This document shows positions 1-10,668 of a DNA stretch of 64,000 nt, in pieces. Position numbers and translations under genes: made by a program. The stretch comes from an uncultured Nitrospinota bacterium (GTDB taxonomy: Bacteria; Tectomicrobia; Entotheonellia; J063; CAVPRW01): the NCBI GenBank assembly GCA_963707985.1, contig CAVPRW010000012.1:36444-100443 (forward strand). Direction: 5' to 3'. Positions within the stretch are counted from its first letter, which is position 1. Every line of letters begins with the position of its first letter. Below the pieces are notes generated by a model, which searched no databases, was not told the DNA's origin, and saw only the letters and a program-made list of their open reading frames with translations.

Positions 1-167
1 GCGCCAGCGCATTGGCCGCGCCAGCTTGCAGGTGGTATATCACCACTTGGCAAGATGAAGGGCAGGGAGGAGGGGTACACGAAAGCCCCTCCCCCTGTCG
101 GCGTCCTGCTGCCAGAGCGTGATGTGCGATCAGTCACGATTGGGTCCGTGGGAACGAGCACATCCCT

Positions 168-1205
168 TTAGGCTCGAAACAGCGGCAAGACGTTCTCACC
201 AAAGAGTTTCATCGAGTGCTCAACCTGCTCCGGGGGCATCTGGCCGACGTTGACGTTGAGGAGCAGGTTGCGAACTCCAACTCCCCTCAATGCTGCAACT
301 TGCTCTGCCACACGCGTTGGCGTGCCGGCCAGGAAAGCATGCTCGACCATCTCGTTAGGACTCGGAGGGGCGTCGGGGTTTCGGGGTGGGAGACCTCCAG
401 GATTATAGCGTCGGCGCGCCTCGTCGAGGTGGTGACGATAGCGCTTCAGGGCTCCAGAGGCCACATCGAGCGCCTCTGCATTGCTGTCCGCCACGTATAA
501 CGCCCGCTGCGCCCAGGTTTGATCCAGGGTGTTCTCGACTGCCTCCTGCTCGAAACCAACCTCCAACATGGTGTCTTCATAGCGCTGCAGACGCTGGCGC
601 AGTGTGTCGAGCGTCTGCACACCGATCAGCACCGGCCGGCCGATGCGTGCCATCTCGAGCATGGACGCTTCGCCGATGCAAGCACGCACCAGGGGTGGGT
701 GAGGTTTTTGGTAGGGCGGTGGCCGCAGACGCGGGAACGACAGGTGCCAATACTTCCCCTGGTGCTCGACGTTTTCCCCGGTCCATGCCTTCACCAGTAG
801 GTCCTCGGCTTCGGCCATCCTCTGGCGACCTTCGTCCATGGTCGTGCCAAAGCCGATGTATTCAAATTCGTTGTAGGCCGATCCGCGTCCTGTGCCGACG
901 ATCAACCGACCCCGGCTCAGATGATCGAGCAACGACGTCTGCACCGCCAGCCGTATGGGATGATGCAGCGCCATCTCGACCACCGCGAAGCCGATGCGCA
1001 CCCGTCGGGTCCGCGTGGCGACGGCTGCCCCGAAGACGAGGGGATCGGCATAGGCCACGGCCCCGTCGAAATGGTGCTCGGTCAGCCACACGGCATCGAA
1101 ACCGAGCGCTTCAGCCAGTTCCACTTCCCGCAGGGTGTTGTCGATGACCTGATGATCCTCACTCGGATCATGGCTGATGGAGAACACAAACGTCCCGAAT
1201 CGCAT
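168..1205 (-). CDS. LLM-class (luciferase-like) flavin-dependent oxidoreductase
   Basis: MRFGTF start; AEALGFDAVWLTEHHF, GRLIVGTGRG and PYQKPHPP motifs; ATG at 1205 preceded by a purine-rich RBS-like sequence. Confidence 0.93.
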   Translation of the reverse strand: MRFGTFVFSISHDPSEDHQVIDNTLREVELAEALGFDAVWLTEHHFDGAVAYADPLVFGAAVATRTRRVRIGFAVVEMALHHPIRLAVQTSLLDHLSRGRLIVGTGRGSAYNEFEYIGFGTTMDEGRQRMAEAEDLLVKAWTGENVEHQGKYWHLSFPRLRPPPYQKPHPPLVRACIGEASMLEMARIGRPVLIGVQTLDTLRQRLQRYEDTMLEVGFEQEAVENTLDQTWAQRALYVADSNAEALDVASGALKRYRHHLDEARRRYNPGGLPPRNPDAPPSPNEMVEHAFLAGTPTRVAEQVAALRGVGVRNLLLNVNVGQMPPEQVEHSMKLFGENVLPLFRA

Positions 1206-1476
1206 GCCTACTCTCCCTGTTGTCCGCTCCCTCTCTGGCCACCATGACCACAGGCTGTGTTGTGTCGGCCCGGTGGCTTTGATATAGTCGGATCTCCCCG
1301 CCAACATGCGCCAGGCGAGCTGGCGAGACTATAGCATGTCGACGGACAGAGGGGAACTCGCAGGTGCCTGCCCGTGGAAGCCATCGGACCGCTTGAGGAG
1401 TGGTACACAGCCCGCACCGACGTGGTCTGTGGATCTCGAATAATGCAGAAAATCATGCGACCAGAGAGGTGAAGCC

Positions 1477-2895
1477 ATGTCAGCAACCACCGTTGATACC
1501 ATCGTGCGCGGCGGACAGGTAGTGACCGCATCGGAGGCCTACGAGGCCAGCATTGCCATCCGCGGTGAAAAAATCGTCGCCATCGGTCCTGACGATGTCC
1601 TGCCGCCCGCCGACCGGTATATCGATGCCTCAGGCAAGTTCGTTCTCCCCGGAGCCATCGACTGCCACGTCCACCTGGGTGGACACGACGACTATCGCAC
1701 CGGTGGCATCGCGGCCGCCCATGCCGGGCTGACCACGATCATCCCGTTTGCGATGTACGACCTCGCCCACCGCGAAACCTTGCCCCAATCCATCAGACGT
1801 CAGAACGAAGAGGTCGGGAAGGTGTCGGTGGTCGATTTTGCCTGGCATTTCATCCTGAACAACGATCCCTACATCTTCGAGGGACTGCCCGAGGCGCTGC
1901 AGATGGGGGTGAGCTCCTATAAGATGTTCATGACCTATAAAAAGCGTCAGGATCGCATGTGTTCCGATCGCTTCATCTGCCAGGCGATGGAGATGATCGC
2001 CGCCGGAGGGGGCATCACCCAGCTGCACTGCGAGAACGGCGACGTCATCGATTATCTCGAAGACAAGATGATGGCCGAAGGGCGCGTCCACCCCACGGAC
2101 TTCCCACAGGCCTGCCCGGATTGGGTCGAGGAAGAAGCCATCAATCGCGCCATCAAACTGGGCGCGCTGACCAATTGCCCGACGTACGTGGTGCATCTCA
2201 GCACACAACTGGGGCTTGAGCTGATCAAGCGCGCACAGGCCGAGGGCCAGCGCGTATGGACGGAGAGCTGCCCGCAATATCTGCTGCTCTCGGATGCCGA
2301 GTTAGCGCAGTGGGGGCCACTGGCCAAGATCGGCCCGCCGCTTCGGCCCGCTGGCGGCCCCAACCAGCCGGCCCTGTGGAAGGGATTAGAGCAGGGCTAC
2401 ATCTCCTGCGTTGCCAGCGATCACGCACCTGCCTCCAAAGAGCTCAAGGAACCCGGCTGGGAGAACATCTTCGTGGGGCCGAACGGGGCCGTCATTCCCT
2501 TTGGCTCACCAGGCATCGAAACCCTGGTCCCATTGATGTACAGCGAGGGGGTGGTGAAGCGCGGATTCCCCATCTGGTGGATGGCGCGAGCGTTGGCGGA
2601 GAACCCGGCACGCATTTTCGGGCTGTATCCCAGAAAGGGCGCCATTCGGGTCGGCTCCGATGCCGATGTGCTCATTCTCGACCCCACCCCGACGCGCACA
2701 ATCCGGGCGGCCGAGCACTATAGTAAGACGGGCTACAGCCTGTTCGAAGGGTGGGACGTGCAGGGCCAGCCCTGGATGACGCTCCTGCGCGGGCGCGTGT
2801 TGCTGAATCAGGGCACGCTGGAGCAGCAGCCGGGCTACGGCCAATTCCTACCGGCTGGCAGCCCTCTGCCGCCGATCGGGGGGCGCGTGAAATAA
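1477..2895 (+). CDS. Dihydropyrimidinase/hydantoinase-like cyclic amidohydrolase
   Basis: PGAIDCHVH metal motif, SSYKMFM (carbamylated Lys), HCENG, ASDHAP, KGAIRVGSDAD. Confidence 0.9.
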   Translation: MSATTVDTIVRGGQVVTASEAYEASIAIRGEKIVAIGPDDVLPPADRYIDASGKFVLPGAIDCHVHLGGHDDYRTGGIAAAHAGLTTIIPFAMYDLAHRETLPQSIRRQNEEVGKVSVVDFAWHFILNNDPYIFEGLPEALQMGVSSYKMFMTYKKRQDRMCSDRFICQAMEMIAAGGGITQLHCENGDVIDYLEDKMMAEGRVHPTDFPQACPDWVEEEAINRAIKLGALTNCPTYVVHLSTQLGLELIKRAQAEGQRVWTESCPQYLLLSDAELAQWGPLAKIGPPLRPAGGPNQPALWKGLEQGYISCVASDHAPASKELKEPGWENIFVGPNGAVIPFGSPGIETLVPLMYSEGVVKRGFPIWWMARALAENPARIFGLYPRKGAIRVGSDADVLILDPTPTRTIRAAEHYSKTGYSLFEGWDVQGQPWMTLLRGRVLLNQGTLEQQPGYGQFLPAGSPLPPIGGRVK

Positions 2896-3030
2896 GCACC
2901 TCAGTACTTTCCCCGCCTTTCGTGGTGGAAAAGCGGAAGGATGAGGAAGGATTGCCAACGCTATGCTAGGTGAAACAGCGCGATAGCATAAGTCGTCCTG
3001 CCCACGAGCATCGCAGTTTTCGGTCCAGAT

Positions 3031-3195
3031 TAGGTTGTTGGCCACTTTTGGTGGAATGAGAAGGTGGAGGTCTCACAACGTTTGCCCACATGCAGGTGGG
3101 CAGGGCGGACCACACCGTTACTGAGGGGAAACCCCTGAACCCCTCTCGTCCAGGTTCCCGTTCTCAGGGCATCACCAAAAGTGGCCAAAAGCCTA
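3031..3195. mobile_element. 165-bp MITE
   Basis: 23-bp imperfect TIRs TAGGTTGTTGGCCACTTTTGGTG / CACCAAAAGTGGCCAAAAGCCTA; flanked by a GAT direct repeat (3028-3030, 3196-3198); no ORF. Confidence 0.75.
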
Positions 3196-3923
3196 GATAA
3201 TTCTGAAAGTTACAGGTTTGCTCTCCCCTGCTGCCGGCGTTTGGCCTTGCATAACGGCCTTTACGCAAGCCTCATCAGCAATGCTGACCATTTATTTTAG
3301 GCGTCATGCCCCCACCTGGGCAGAATAGCCAATCGAGTCGCCCGGGACAAAATATCCCGTCGTGAGATAGAATGTCCCATAGATGATAGGCGAAGACCTC
3401 TTACGATATAGGCACCAGTCCACGGCATCTAGACCATGACACTTCCCGCGCAGAGCCACCCTGCCTGATACCACAAAGCACGATACTACTGAGCAGGATT
3501 CCTAATCCTCTGTCACCTGTAACTCTCAGAAATACCTCAAAATTTATAATCCGTTCGAGAATGGCAGCTTTATTGCTCTAGTACGTATCGTCGCCGAGGT
3601 CGCCACACCTGTCCGTTCATCACAGAGGAGCCCCCGATGCATATGCCACGTAGCTCCGTGTCCTTCCTAACTGCGGTCGGAATACCTTTCTCAGGCCGAT
3701 CCTGTTTTCTCATCAGGCCTCAACTTCTTACGAGCTTCTACCCCCTCCCTTTGGGGAAGGACATCGCGCGCCTCCACCCTCCTCCTAGGCTTGAGGATGG
3801 CTTCATTGCTGCGGGAGACGTGAGCGAGCACAAGAAATAAGCTGGCCGAGCCCGCTCCAAATCACATACGTGCATCGCGCAGGGCCCAGCCAGACGGCTT
3901 ATGGCAGAGAGGAGACCTTCATC

Positions 3924-4229
3924 ATGCCGGCCCAAAAAGTGCTCTTGGATACCTACATTCTGAGGAGCCGCACTGATCATACCGGGCACTTTATCGCCCC
4001 CCATGGCCTTCCCAAATCTGCAGGTCCAGATTCCTATGTGATCGACGGGGTTCTGGTGGCTATTCAGCATCCGAATGGGGCATGGGTCACATTGGATACG
4101 AGTAACCAATACAACAACACGTTTTTCTGGAACGATGAGCGGGTAGAGGGCTGGATCACCCGAGAAAATCAGCCATTTTCCAACAGAGATGTGCGGATTG
4201 TGATTTTTGCTCATTGGTTTGTCGGATAA
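3924..4229 (+). CDS. Hypothetical ~101-aa protein
   Basis: ATG at 3924 after GAGGAG RBS; protein-like composition, no recognised motif. Confidence 0.6.
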   Translation: MPAQKVLLDTYILRSRTDHTGHFIAPHGLPKSAGPDSYVIDGVLVAIQHPNGAWVTLDTSNQYNNTFFWNDERVEGWITRENQPFSNRDVRIVIFAHWFVG

Positions 4230-5100
4230 ATCCTCCTCACCATACATGGCGCGCACCGCACATTGTATCAGGTGAAACGAACACGGGTATCAAAAGTCTG
4301 ACAGCATATTTGAAGGACTGATTTATGAATGGGTCACAAACGACGCCGTCTCGATTGAGCCAGCTCGACAATCGAGGGTTCCAAATTATCTGACCATTGA
4401 TTTTATTGCGTCTAGAGGTCCCTATGCCACTTTTGATCCGTTTGTTCAATTTGACCGGAGGATCCTCTGCGAGGACAGGTGAAGAACTATCCTGGTGGAG
4501 GAGGTTCGTTCGGTGGTGGGTTCGGTGGTGGAATTATTATGTGGCAGGCCTGAGGATGACATCTGCCCTCATGCCCATCATGACTTTGCTGGGCTGTATT
4601 CGCGGATGGGGAGACCATCGGGCTCTGCTGGTCGGCATCCTTGCTGGTCTTGGTGGATGGGCTATCATGGCATGGGTGGCCCGACATTTTGTGACGGTTG
4701 ATGGCGCAAACCCAGATGTCTATCACGAACTCCGCTGTCGCTTTGCCATCCTCTGCACACAAATGGACACGCTCCAACATGCCTCCCCAAACCCCGCTCA
4801 GCCCCCCTCCGAAGACCCCCAGCTCTCTATACGGCGAGCGACTGCCATGGCAGAAATCGACACCTATCTGCGCGAGGTGGGGGCTGAGCTGGACCCTGAG
4901 AGGGTGACCACGCGCCATACGGACTCCCGGCAAAATTGGGTGCTCGGCTACGGCTACATTATACTGCAGAAGCAGATTCACCGCGTAGAGGAAAACTTCC
5001 TGCTCATCGCCCCGCGTCCCGCCGTGCTTGCTGAGGCACGGTATGATAGACTGCGCCTGCAAGACTCCACCTGCAAGACTCCACGATTCCTAACTATAAA

Positions 5101-6910
5101 CTGTAGTTTCGCGTGAATTTGCTTCGACTATGATGAATTGTAAGCCAACGCCGTGTAAAGGGACGTAGGCAAGTGCAAGTACCGCAGCAGTTGGTCATGC
5201 AGTGGGGAGAGCGGGGTGAGATGCCACCAGGTGTTTGTCCCCATCTCCACATGCGTCAAGGTGATCTGTGCACGGGCAAACGCTTGCAAAATGCGCGTGC
5301 CGGTAGGCCGCCCCGTCGTGCGGGTGGGCGAGCCCTCATAGAGGCCGGTCAGGGCGTCTTGCGTTTGCTCCAGTCCGCGCCGCACCTGGGTTTCCAGCAG
5401 CGTCAACAGCCGCAGTGCCAGGGTCAGGAGCCGCGTCAGGCCCTGAATCTGCTCCTTCTTCCAGACAAACAACGGACTGAGGCCCAGGGGAAGGTCTTTA
5501 ACGAGATGGAAATCGCGTTCCAGCGACCAGCCCCCCCGATAGTGGCGGACGGCCTGCGGCAAGGGCAGCCAGTCCACTGGGGCATTGGTCACCTGGACCC
5601 GCCACCCCAGGCGCTGTTGCCGGGTGGCAATGGCCTCCTCGTGCCGCTGCACGCCAGTAATGGCATAGCGGACCTGCACCTGGGTGCGGGTAGGACGATC
5701 AGCTCCCCCCCGGCCCCGGCCCACGTAGCGGGTCACGGCCGTCTCGTGCCGCTCCCACCGTGCCGTCAGCAGCCCGGCCACCTCGTATCGTTCCACTACG
5801 CGAGCAATCGCCGCTTGCAAGGTGTCTTCGTCCCGGAGCTGGCGCTTGCCGCGTCCTGGGGAGGGCGTCAGCGTCCCCAGCTCCGCCTCAGCGGCGGCCA
5901 GACGCTTCTCCAGGGTAGCCTGTTGGCGCTGGGCCAGGGCTGGCGAGCGCACCACCTGCACGCGTTCTATCCAGTGTACGGGCTCTCCGTCTACCACCGT
6001 GTGCAGCGGACGCTCGAACTCATAGCCCGCCCCCAGCCAGCGCTCCCCGTCCCACAGCAGTGTGGCCTCTTGTGCGCCGTCCACGATCGCCGTGACCCAG
6101 GTTGCGACCTGCGCGGCCGTCTCGCCTGTCAGCGGCAGCGGCACGAGGTAGAAGTCGTGATGGGCGGCGATCTGAGCCCGCGTGGCCAGCGCTGCCATCT
6201 TGCAATCTCCTGCGTACAGCAAGCCGCTGCGCCCCACGATGCGACGCACCCGCTGCAACAGCGGGGTGTAGAGCGGGTCATCAGCACACTGGCCTGGGTG
6301 GACATCGCAGGCCATCAGATGCCCCGACGGCTCTGCAGCGGCGGCCATCAGCTTCAGTTGTGGCAGATCGGGACGATGGTCTTTGCTGTGACCGCGCTGC
6401 ATCACCCCCTCGTCGGTCACGTGGTGGTACCCATAGCTCGTCGTGCTGTCCAAGCGGATCCCCGTCAGCTCGAGTTCATACACCGCTACCGTCGTAGCCC
6501 ACAGGTCGTGCTCGATGGCGTCCCAGGTCGCGTCGTCGCTCAGTCGATGCAACACGCCCCCCAACCGATCATCGCTGAACTCCACCGCGCGGATCGGTTG
6601 ACCCAACAGGTGTTCCAGGATGTGGGACCTGCCGTTGGCCCATTCGCGCACAGCCGATTTGCGGTGATCGGCCTGCGACAGGATGTAGGCCAGCCAACCC
6701 ACCGCCAACTGGCCATTGTGCAGCCCCTGCTGCAAGCCGTGGGTTTTCATATGACGGTCAAGGACCTCAGCCAACCGCAACCGGTTGGCCAAACCGATGA
6801 TCAATGGAATGTCGTCAACTCGTTCATGTTGGAGAATAAGTGTCTGTGCCATGTGGCACAGCCTATCGCAGAATTCACGATAGGGCTAGTCGGTTTACGC
6901 GAAAGGTAAG
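5101..6910 (-). mobile_element. IS1634-family insertion sequence
   Basis: Imperfect TIRs CTGTAGTTTCGCGTGAA / (rc) CTTACCTTTCGCGTAAA; 5-bp TSD ATAAA at 5096-5100 and 6911-6915. Confidence 0.88.
5128..6852 (-). CDS. IS1634-family DDE transposase
   Basis: 574 aa; HERVDDIP, RLDSTT, GHSKDHRPDLPQLK, AGDCKM, SLERDFHLVK. Confidence 0.92.
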   Translation of the reverse strand: MAQTLILQHERVDDIPLIIGLANRLRLAEVLDRHMKTHGLQQGLHNGQLAVGWLAYILSQADHRKSAVREWANGRSHILEHLLGQPIRAVEFSDDRLGGVLHRLSDDATWDAIEHDLWATTVAVYELELTGIRLDSTTSYGYHHVTDEGVMQRGHSKDHRPDLPQLKLMAAAAEPSGHLMACDVHPGQCADDPLYTPLLQRVRRIVGRSGLLYAGDCKMAALATRAQIAAHHDFYLVPLPLTGETAAQVATWVTAIVDGAQEATLLWDGERWLGAGYEFERPLHTVVDGEPVHWIERVQVVRSPALAQRQQATLEKRLAAAEAELGTLTPSPGRGKRQLRDEDTLQAAIARVVERYEVAGLLTARWERHETAVTRYVGRGRGGADRPTRTQVQVRYAITGVQRHEEAIATRQQRLGWRVQVTNAPVDWLPLPQAVRHYRGGWSLERDFHLVKDLPLGLSPLFVWKKEQIQGLTRLLTLALRLLTLLETQVRRGLEQTQDALTGLYEGSPTRTTGRPTGTRILQAFARAQITLTHVEMGTNTWWHLTPLSPLHDQLLRYLHLPTSLYTALAYNSS

Positions 6911-8165
6911 ATAAAGAGCTCCTCAGTGACCTAAATAGCGCCGTGACGGTCTTGAATGCTCCGCAGCAGGACCAATCTCCTCATCAGCCACCCGCTGCCG
7001 CTAACCTACTTGCTACTGCAAACCCATCCGCTGCCACGAACTCACCTGCTGTCGCGAACCCGAGGCCTGCGGAGTGGACGCCCAAGGAGGAGTTCAAGGC
7101 ACGAGAAGTGTTACGACACGTGAGGCGTACCATCAACGAGTTCCGTGACGAGCGGCGAACCGGGATCGTTCGGGCTCGCAATCGGTTGTTCAGGACGCTG
7201 ACCCTGACCGGATTGATGATCTTCTTGGCCGTGGCATTGGCCGCCCTTGCCCTCCCTGATACACTCCCTGAGAAACCAAATGTCCCTTTTATAGCGCCTT
7301 TTATAGCGGGTGCGACGTTCTTTCTGCTCGGCTCGATCGTCGGCGTATTCAATCAGCTCTACCTTGACGCCGGAACCGAGGTGGCGACTGAGGACTATGG
7401 GCTGGCTCTGGTGCGGCTCTTACACACCCCCATGATCTCAGGGCTTGCCGCCTTGCTCAGTGTAGCGATCATTCCCATATTGTCTGCCACGGTCGACTCG
7501 TCGATGGTCAACTCGTCAACTCCCCCGGAGCTGGGCTCGGATGCGATCTTCAAATCGTTGATGGTCAACCCCACGGTGCCGGGCTTGGGTGCGATCTTCA
7601 ACCTCCCACTAAAACCATTCAGTCTCGTGCTGGCAGCGATTTTCGGCATGAGTCCTGTCGTCCTGATTGGGCGACTTCAGCAAGAAGCGAATCGGTATAA
7701 AGCGGACCTCAAGAGTAGCGAAGCCTCCTCCTCACGCTCAGGGGTGACTTCCACGCCCTAATCCGATTTGGACGCATATTCTCAGAGGGGCCAGATACAT
7801 GGAAAGTAACGTTCCCCCTAGTCCTTCGATGGGTCTCTGCTGCTTATCGTCCTCCGTCCCAACTTGCGCTACATTCCTCCTCGAGGCCATCCAATGCCCT
7901 TGATTTTCCAACCTACGAATTTCGTAAATCACGTCATCCTGTCGTGACCTTGGGTCGAACGCGACACATCCACGCGGCCCTCGTTCCCGTCAAGCGGATT
8001 TTCGCGCTCAAAGGTTACCTTCACCGGAATCGGATGACACATAATTCTGAAACCCGGATAGATAATTTTGAAAGTTACAGCGAGCAGATTTCTCTCCCCT
8101 CCTAACCCCCGATAATGTATTTTCCCGTGCCTTCCTTTCTCATTGCTCGGGTGTCCAGTTTACCG

Positions 8166-10398
8166 TCAGCTGAGAAACTGCCGTAACTGTGATTCAGCCG
8201 CCGGAGTCGCTGCCGCGCGTTGCCCCCCATTCGTGCTCTCCCTCGCTATGCCGGGGGGGCGGTTGTTGAAGATCGACCCAAAAATCGCTTCGAATTCGTT
8301 CATCATGAGGTCATTCGCGTGTGGGACATCATCAGCCAATCGCAGAACGTCTTCACGCGTCTTCACCAGCCGTTGAAATGATTCTGCACGTGTCGGCTTA
8401 TCCCTACATTCAACTCCGGACGGATAATAATCCTCGACACATCCTTTTGCTAAGATGAACACGACGAGATCCCGTAGATCTCGTAGAAAAGTCAGCTTTG
8501 TTATTTGAACCGACTCGTGGGTTTTCAAGGTGTGGATGCGAGGTTGGTGGAGTTCCTCTTCCAGCATTAATTCCAGCAGCGCTATCTCTTCCATCCCGGG
8601 TTTGACGCCATCCTTCATCCCTTTGGCGACGGAAACAAACATCTCCCACTTCTCCCGCCAGGTCTTCTTTGTGAAGAGATCCCTCACGGTATCACCGCTG
8701 AGTGTCGCTGGAGATATCAACTTGTCTACCTTTGTCTACCTCGGCCAGTAAATCACTGCGGACGCGGCAGATTGGATGACTGTCATGGATGCACGCCTTG
8801 TTAAAATCTTTGACGATAAAATCGAGATCGGTCAGGATGTGCGTGGGTATCTGGAACCGCGAAAAGAACTCACGGTACCGGCGGAAGTTTCCTTTGCCGT
8901 TGACCCGCACCATCATGACGCGTCCTTTGTCGAAGTCCCAACGAACATCCAAAAGCCTGGCAACATGCTTATAGACAACGAGATCGCTATCCCCCTCGAC
9001 CAAGACCACCTCGCTGGCGAAAAATGCCGCCTTGTTGTTCTCGTAACTGATGATTTGTAATGCATCCTTAGCCGAGAGATCTCCGAGTAAATCGACTGGA
9101 TAGATCTCGGAATAGGGCCTCGGATGTTCTCGGTCCGCATCCCGCTTGATAATCTTGGCGAATGTCGTGGTTCGATCGGCCGAGAAAAAAAACGGGGAGT
9201 GCGTCGTCACGATGACTTGATGATCCTCGGCAACCGTCGCAAGGGCATCAAACAGGATGCGTTGCGCTGTGGGGTGCAGATACAATTCAGGTTCTTCGAA
9301 CAGGAACAGATAGCGCGCATGGCCTGCAGGACCGTCGAGACTCTTCTTCTGCCATCCTGGCTGGCGCGCGAGCTCCACATAAGCACGGAAAATCGAGAAC
9401 ACCACCGACCGCTTGAGACCATCTCCTTTCGTTTCAATCGGCCCCTTGATGCCCCCATCATGGATATCAAGGCGCCCATTTTGGAGAATGGACTTAATGT
9501 CCGGGGGAGGGATGCGAATATGGATCTGGGCCTGGGGAAAATTCTCCTTCAGGTTGCGTTCGATAACGCGTTCAATCTGTTTCAGTTCCTCCAGCCTCTC
9601 GTCTCGCGATGAGCCTTCCTCTTCATAGAGATTCAACTTCCGTTCCAGTGCCTGAAAGAGCGCTTTTTCTTCCGTAAGCTGTACCTCAACCGCATTCAGC
9701 AGCAGACCAAGGGTTTTGCCGAACATCGCAGAATCAGTGGTCTTGAAATCATCACTAAGATTTTTCACTGCCGGGATATACACCGGCTCAGGGAGCAAGC
9801 GAGCAACGCTCTCCGGAATGCCGGTTGATAAATCGGCTTCTTCTTCCACAAAATCTTCGGGATTTAGCTTCCCGCGAAGCTCAGCCACGAGGTTTTTCCC
9901 TTGGGTCTGAGTCGTACCGCCACTTACTGCACTTCGAAGTTCTGGGTACTCATCCTGCACAAACGTGATGAGAGCTGCCCCGTTTTTGCCTCGCAGGTTT
10001 TCTGCAAGAACTCCTTCACGAAGCCGACGCTCGCGAGGGAGGTGGCGCACACAACGGAGTTGCGCTCGTTCACCGGGCATATAGACGCGTACGAGCTTCA
10101 GCGTTTTGCCAACAAGCAGCTCGCAAATTCTTTGGCGATGTTCCTCCGCTCATAGTACGGCGAGATCCTCGTCAGTAACACCTGCCAGATCAACAGCGAC
10201 CCGCATTTCCCGCGTAGGATCGTAAAAGTCCGTCTCCGGCACAGTCCGACCATCGCAAAAACGCATAAACGCCTGTAAAAGTGATGATTTCCCGGCATTG
10301 TTCTCCCCGATGACACACACAAATGTGGAGATATCTAGTGAGACCTCACAGAGCGCCCTGAAATTGGTCACAGCAATGCGGCTCACTCTCATGGGCAT
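8166..10398 (-). pseudogene. OLD-family ATP-dependent endonuclease (ABC ATPase + TOPRIM), ~740 aa reconstructed
   Basis: Walker A GENNAGKS, KGDGLKRS signature, Walker B FEEPELYLHP, TTHSP, TOPRIM LVEGDSD and DLD; in-frame TGA at 10150-10152; 10-bp duplication at 8722-8741 shifts the frame. Confidence 0.88.
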
Positions 10399-10401
10399 TC
10401 A

Positions 10402-10451
10402 TTCCTATGTAATTAGGAAATGGGGAAGAAGAATCTCCTATGTATTAGGAG
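10402..10451. promoter_or_regulatory. Pair of palindromic operator-like sites upstream of the OLD gene
   Basis: TTCCTATGTAATTAGGAA (10402-10419) and CTCCTATGTATTAGGAG (10435-10451). Confidence 0.45.
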
Positions 10452-10668
10452 TGTAATCTACCTAAACTTATCAGAAGAAATAAGATTCTCAATATAATTG
10501 TGCATATTCGCTCCCAACGCTCGTCTTGCTTCCATGCAGGGGTATGTTCGGGATAGGTGTTTATGCCGTATCAGACATAAACACGTTTATCCCGCGCACC
10601 AGATTATGCCGCATACAATGCGCAAAGGAAGCAACGGCGCACGTTTGAGCGCGTGCACCGTGCCATAA

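Larger units (their letters stand above)
4424..7761 (+). pseudogene. Multi-pass membrane protein (~502 aa reconstructed), disrupted by a 14-bp duplication and IS1634
   Basis: Removing one CTGCAAGACTCCAC copy (5057-5084) and the IS plus one ATAAA restores ...RLQDSTIPNYKELLSDLNSAVTVLNA... in frame with ORF 6943-7761; several hydrophobic segments. Confidence 0.85.
3518..8079. mobile_element. Putative non-autonomous TGT...ACA transposon (Tn5053/Tn7-like ends) with cargo
   Basis: Left end TGTAACTCTCAGAAATACCT; right end (rc) TGTAACTTTCAAAATTATCT with a second internal ATAATTCTGAAA repeat at 8041; a third related end at 3196-3214; no TSD found. Confidence 0.5.

Noticed and set aside
5173..6909. 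578-aa + strand ORF
   Set aside because: Antisense shadow of the IS1634 transposase; no motifs
6990..7070. Degenerate 18-bp repeats (AANLLA/TANPSA/ATNSPA/VANPRP)
   Set aside because: Low-complexity protein linker, not a separate DNA element
10150..10152. Selenocysteine or recoded TGA in the OLD gene
   Set aside because: Not at a plausible Cys/catalytic position, TGA is the normal stop for many genes here, and the gene has a second lesion
8166..10398. Gabija system
   Set aside because: No GajB/UvrD helicase is adjacent
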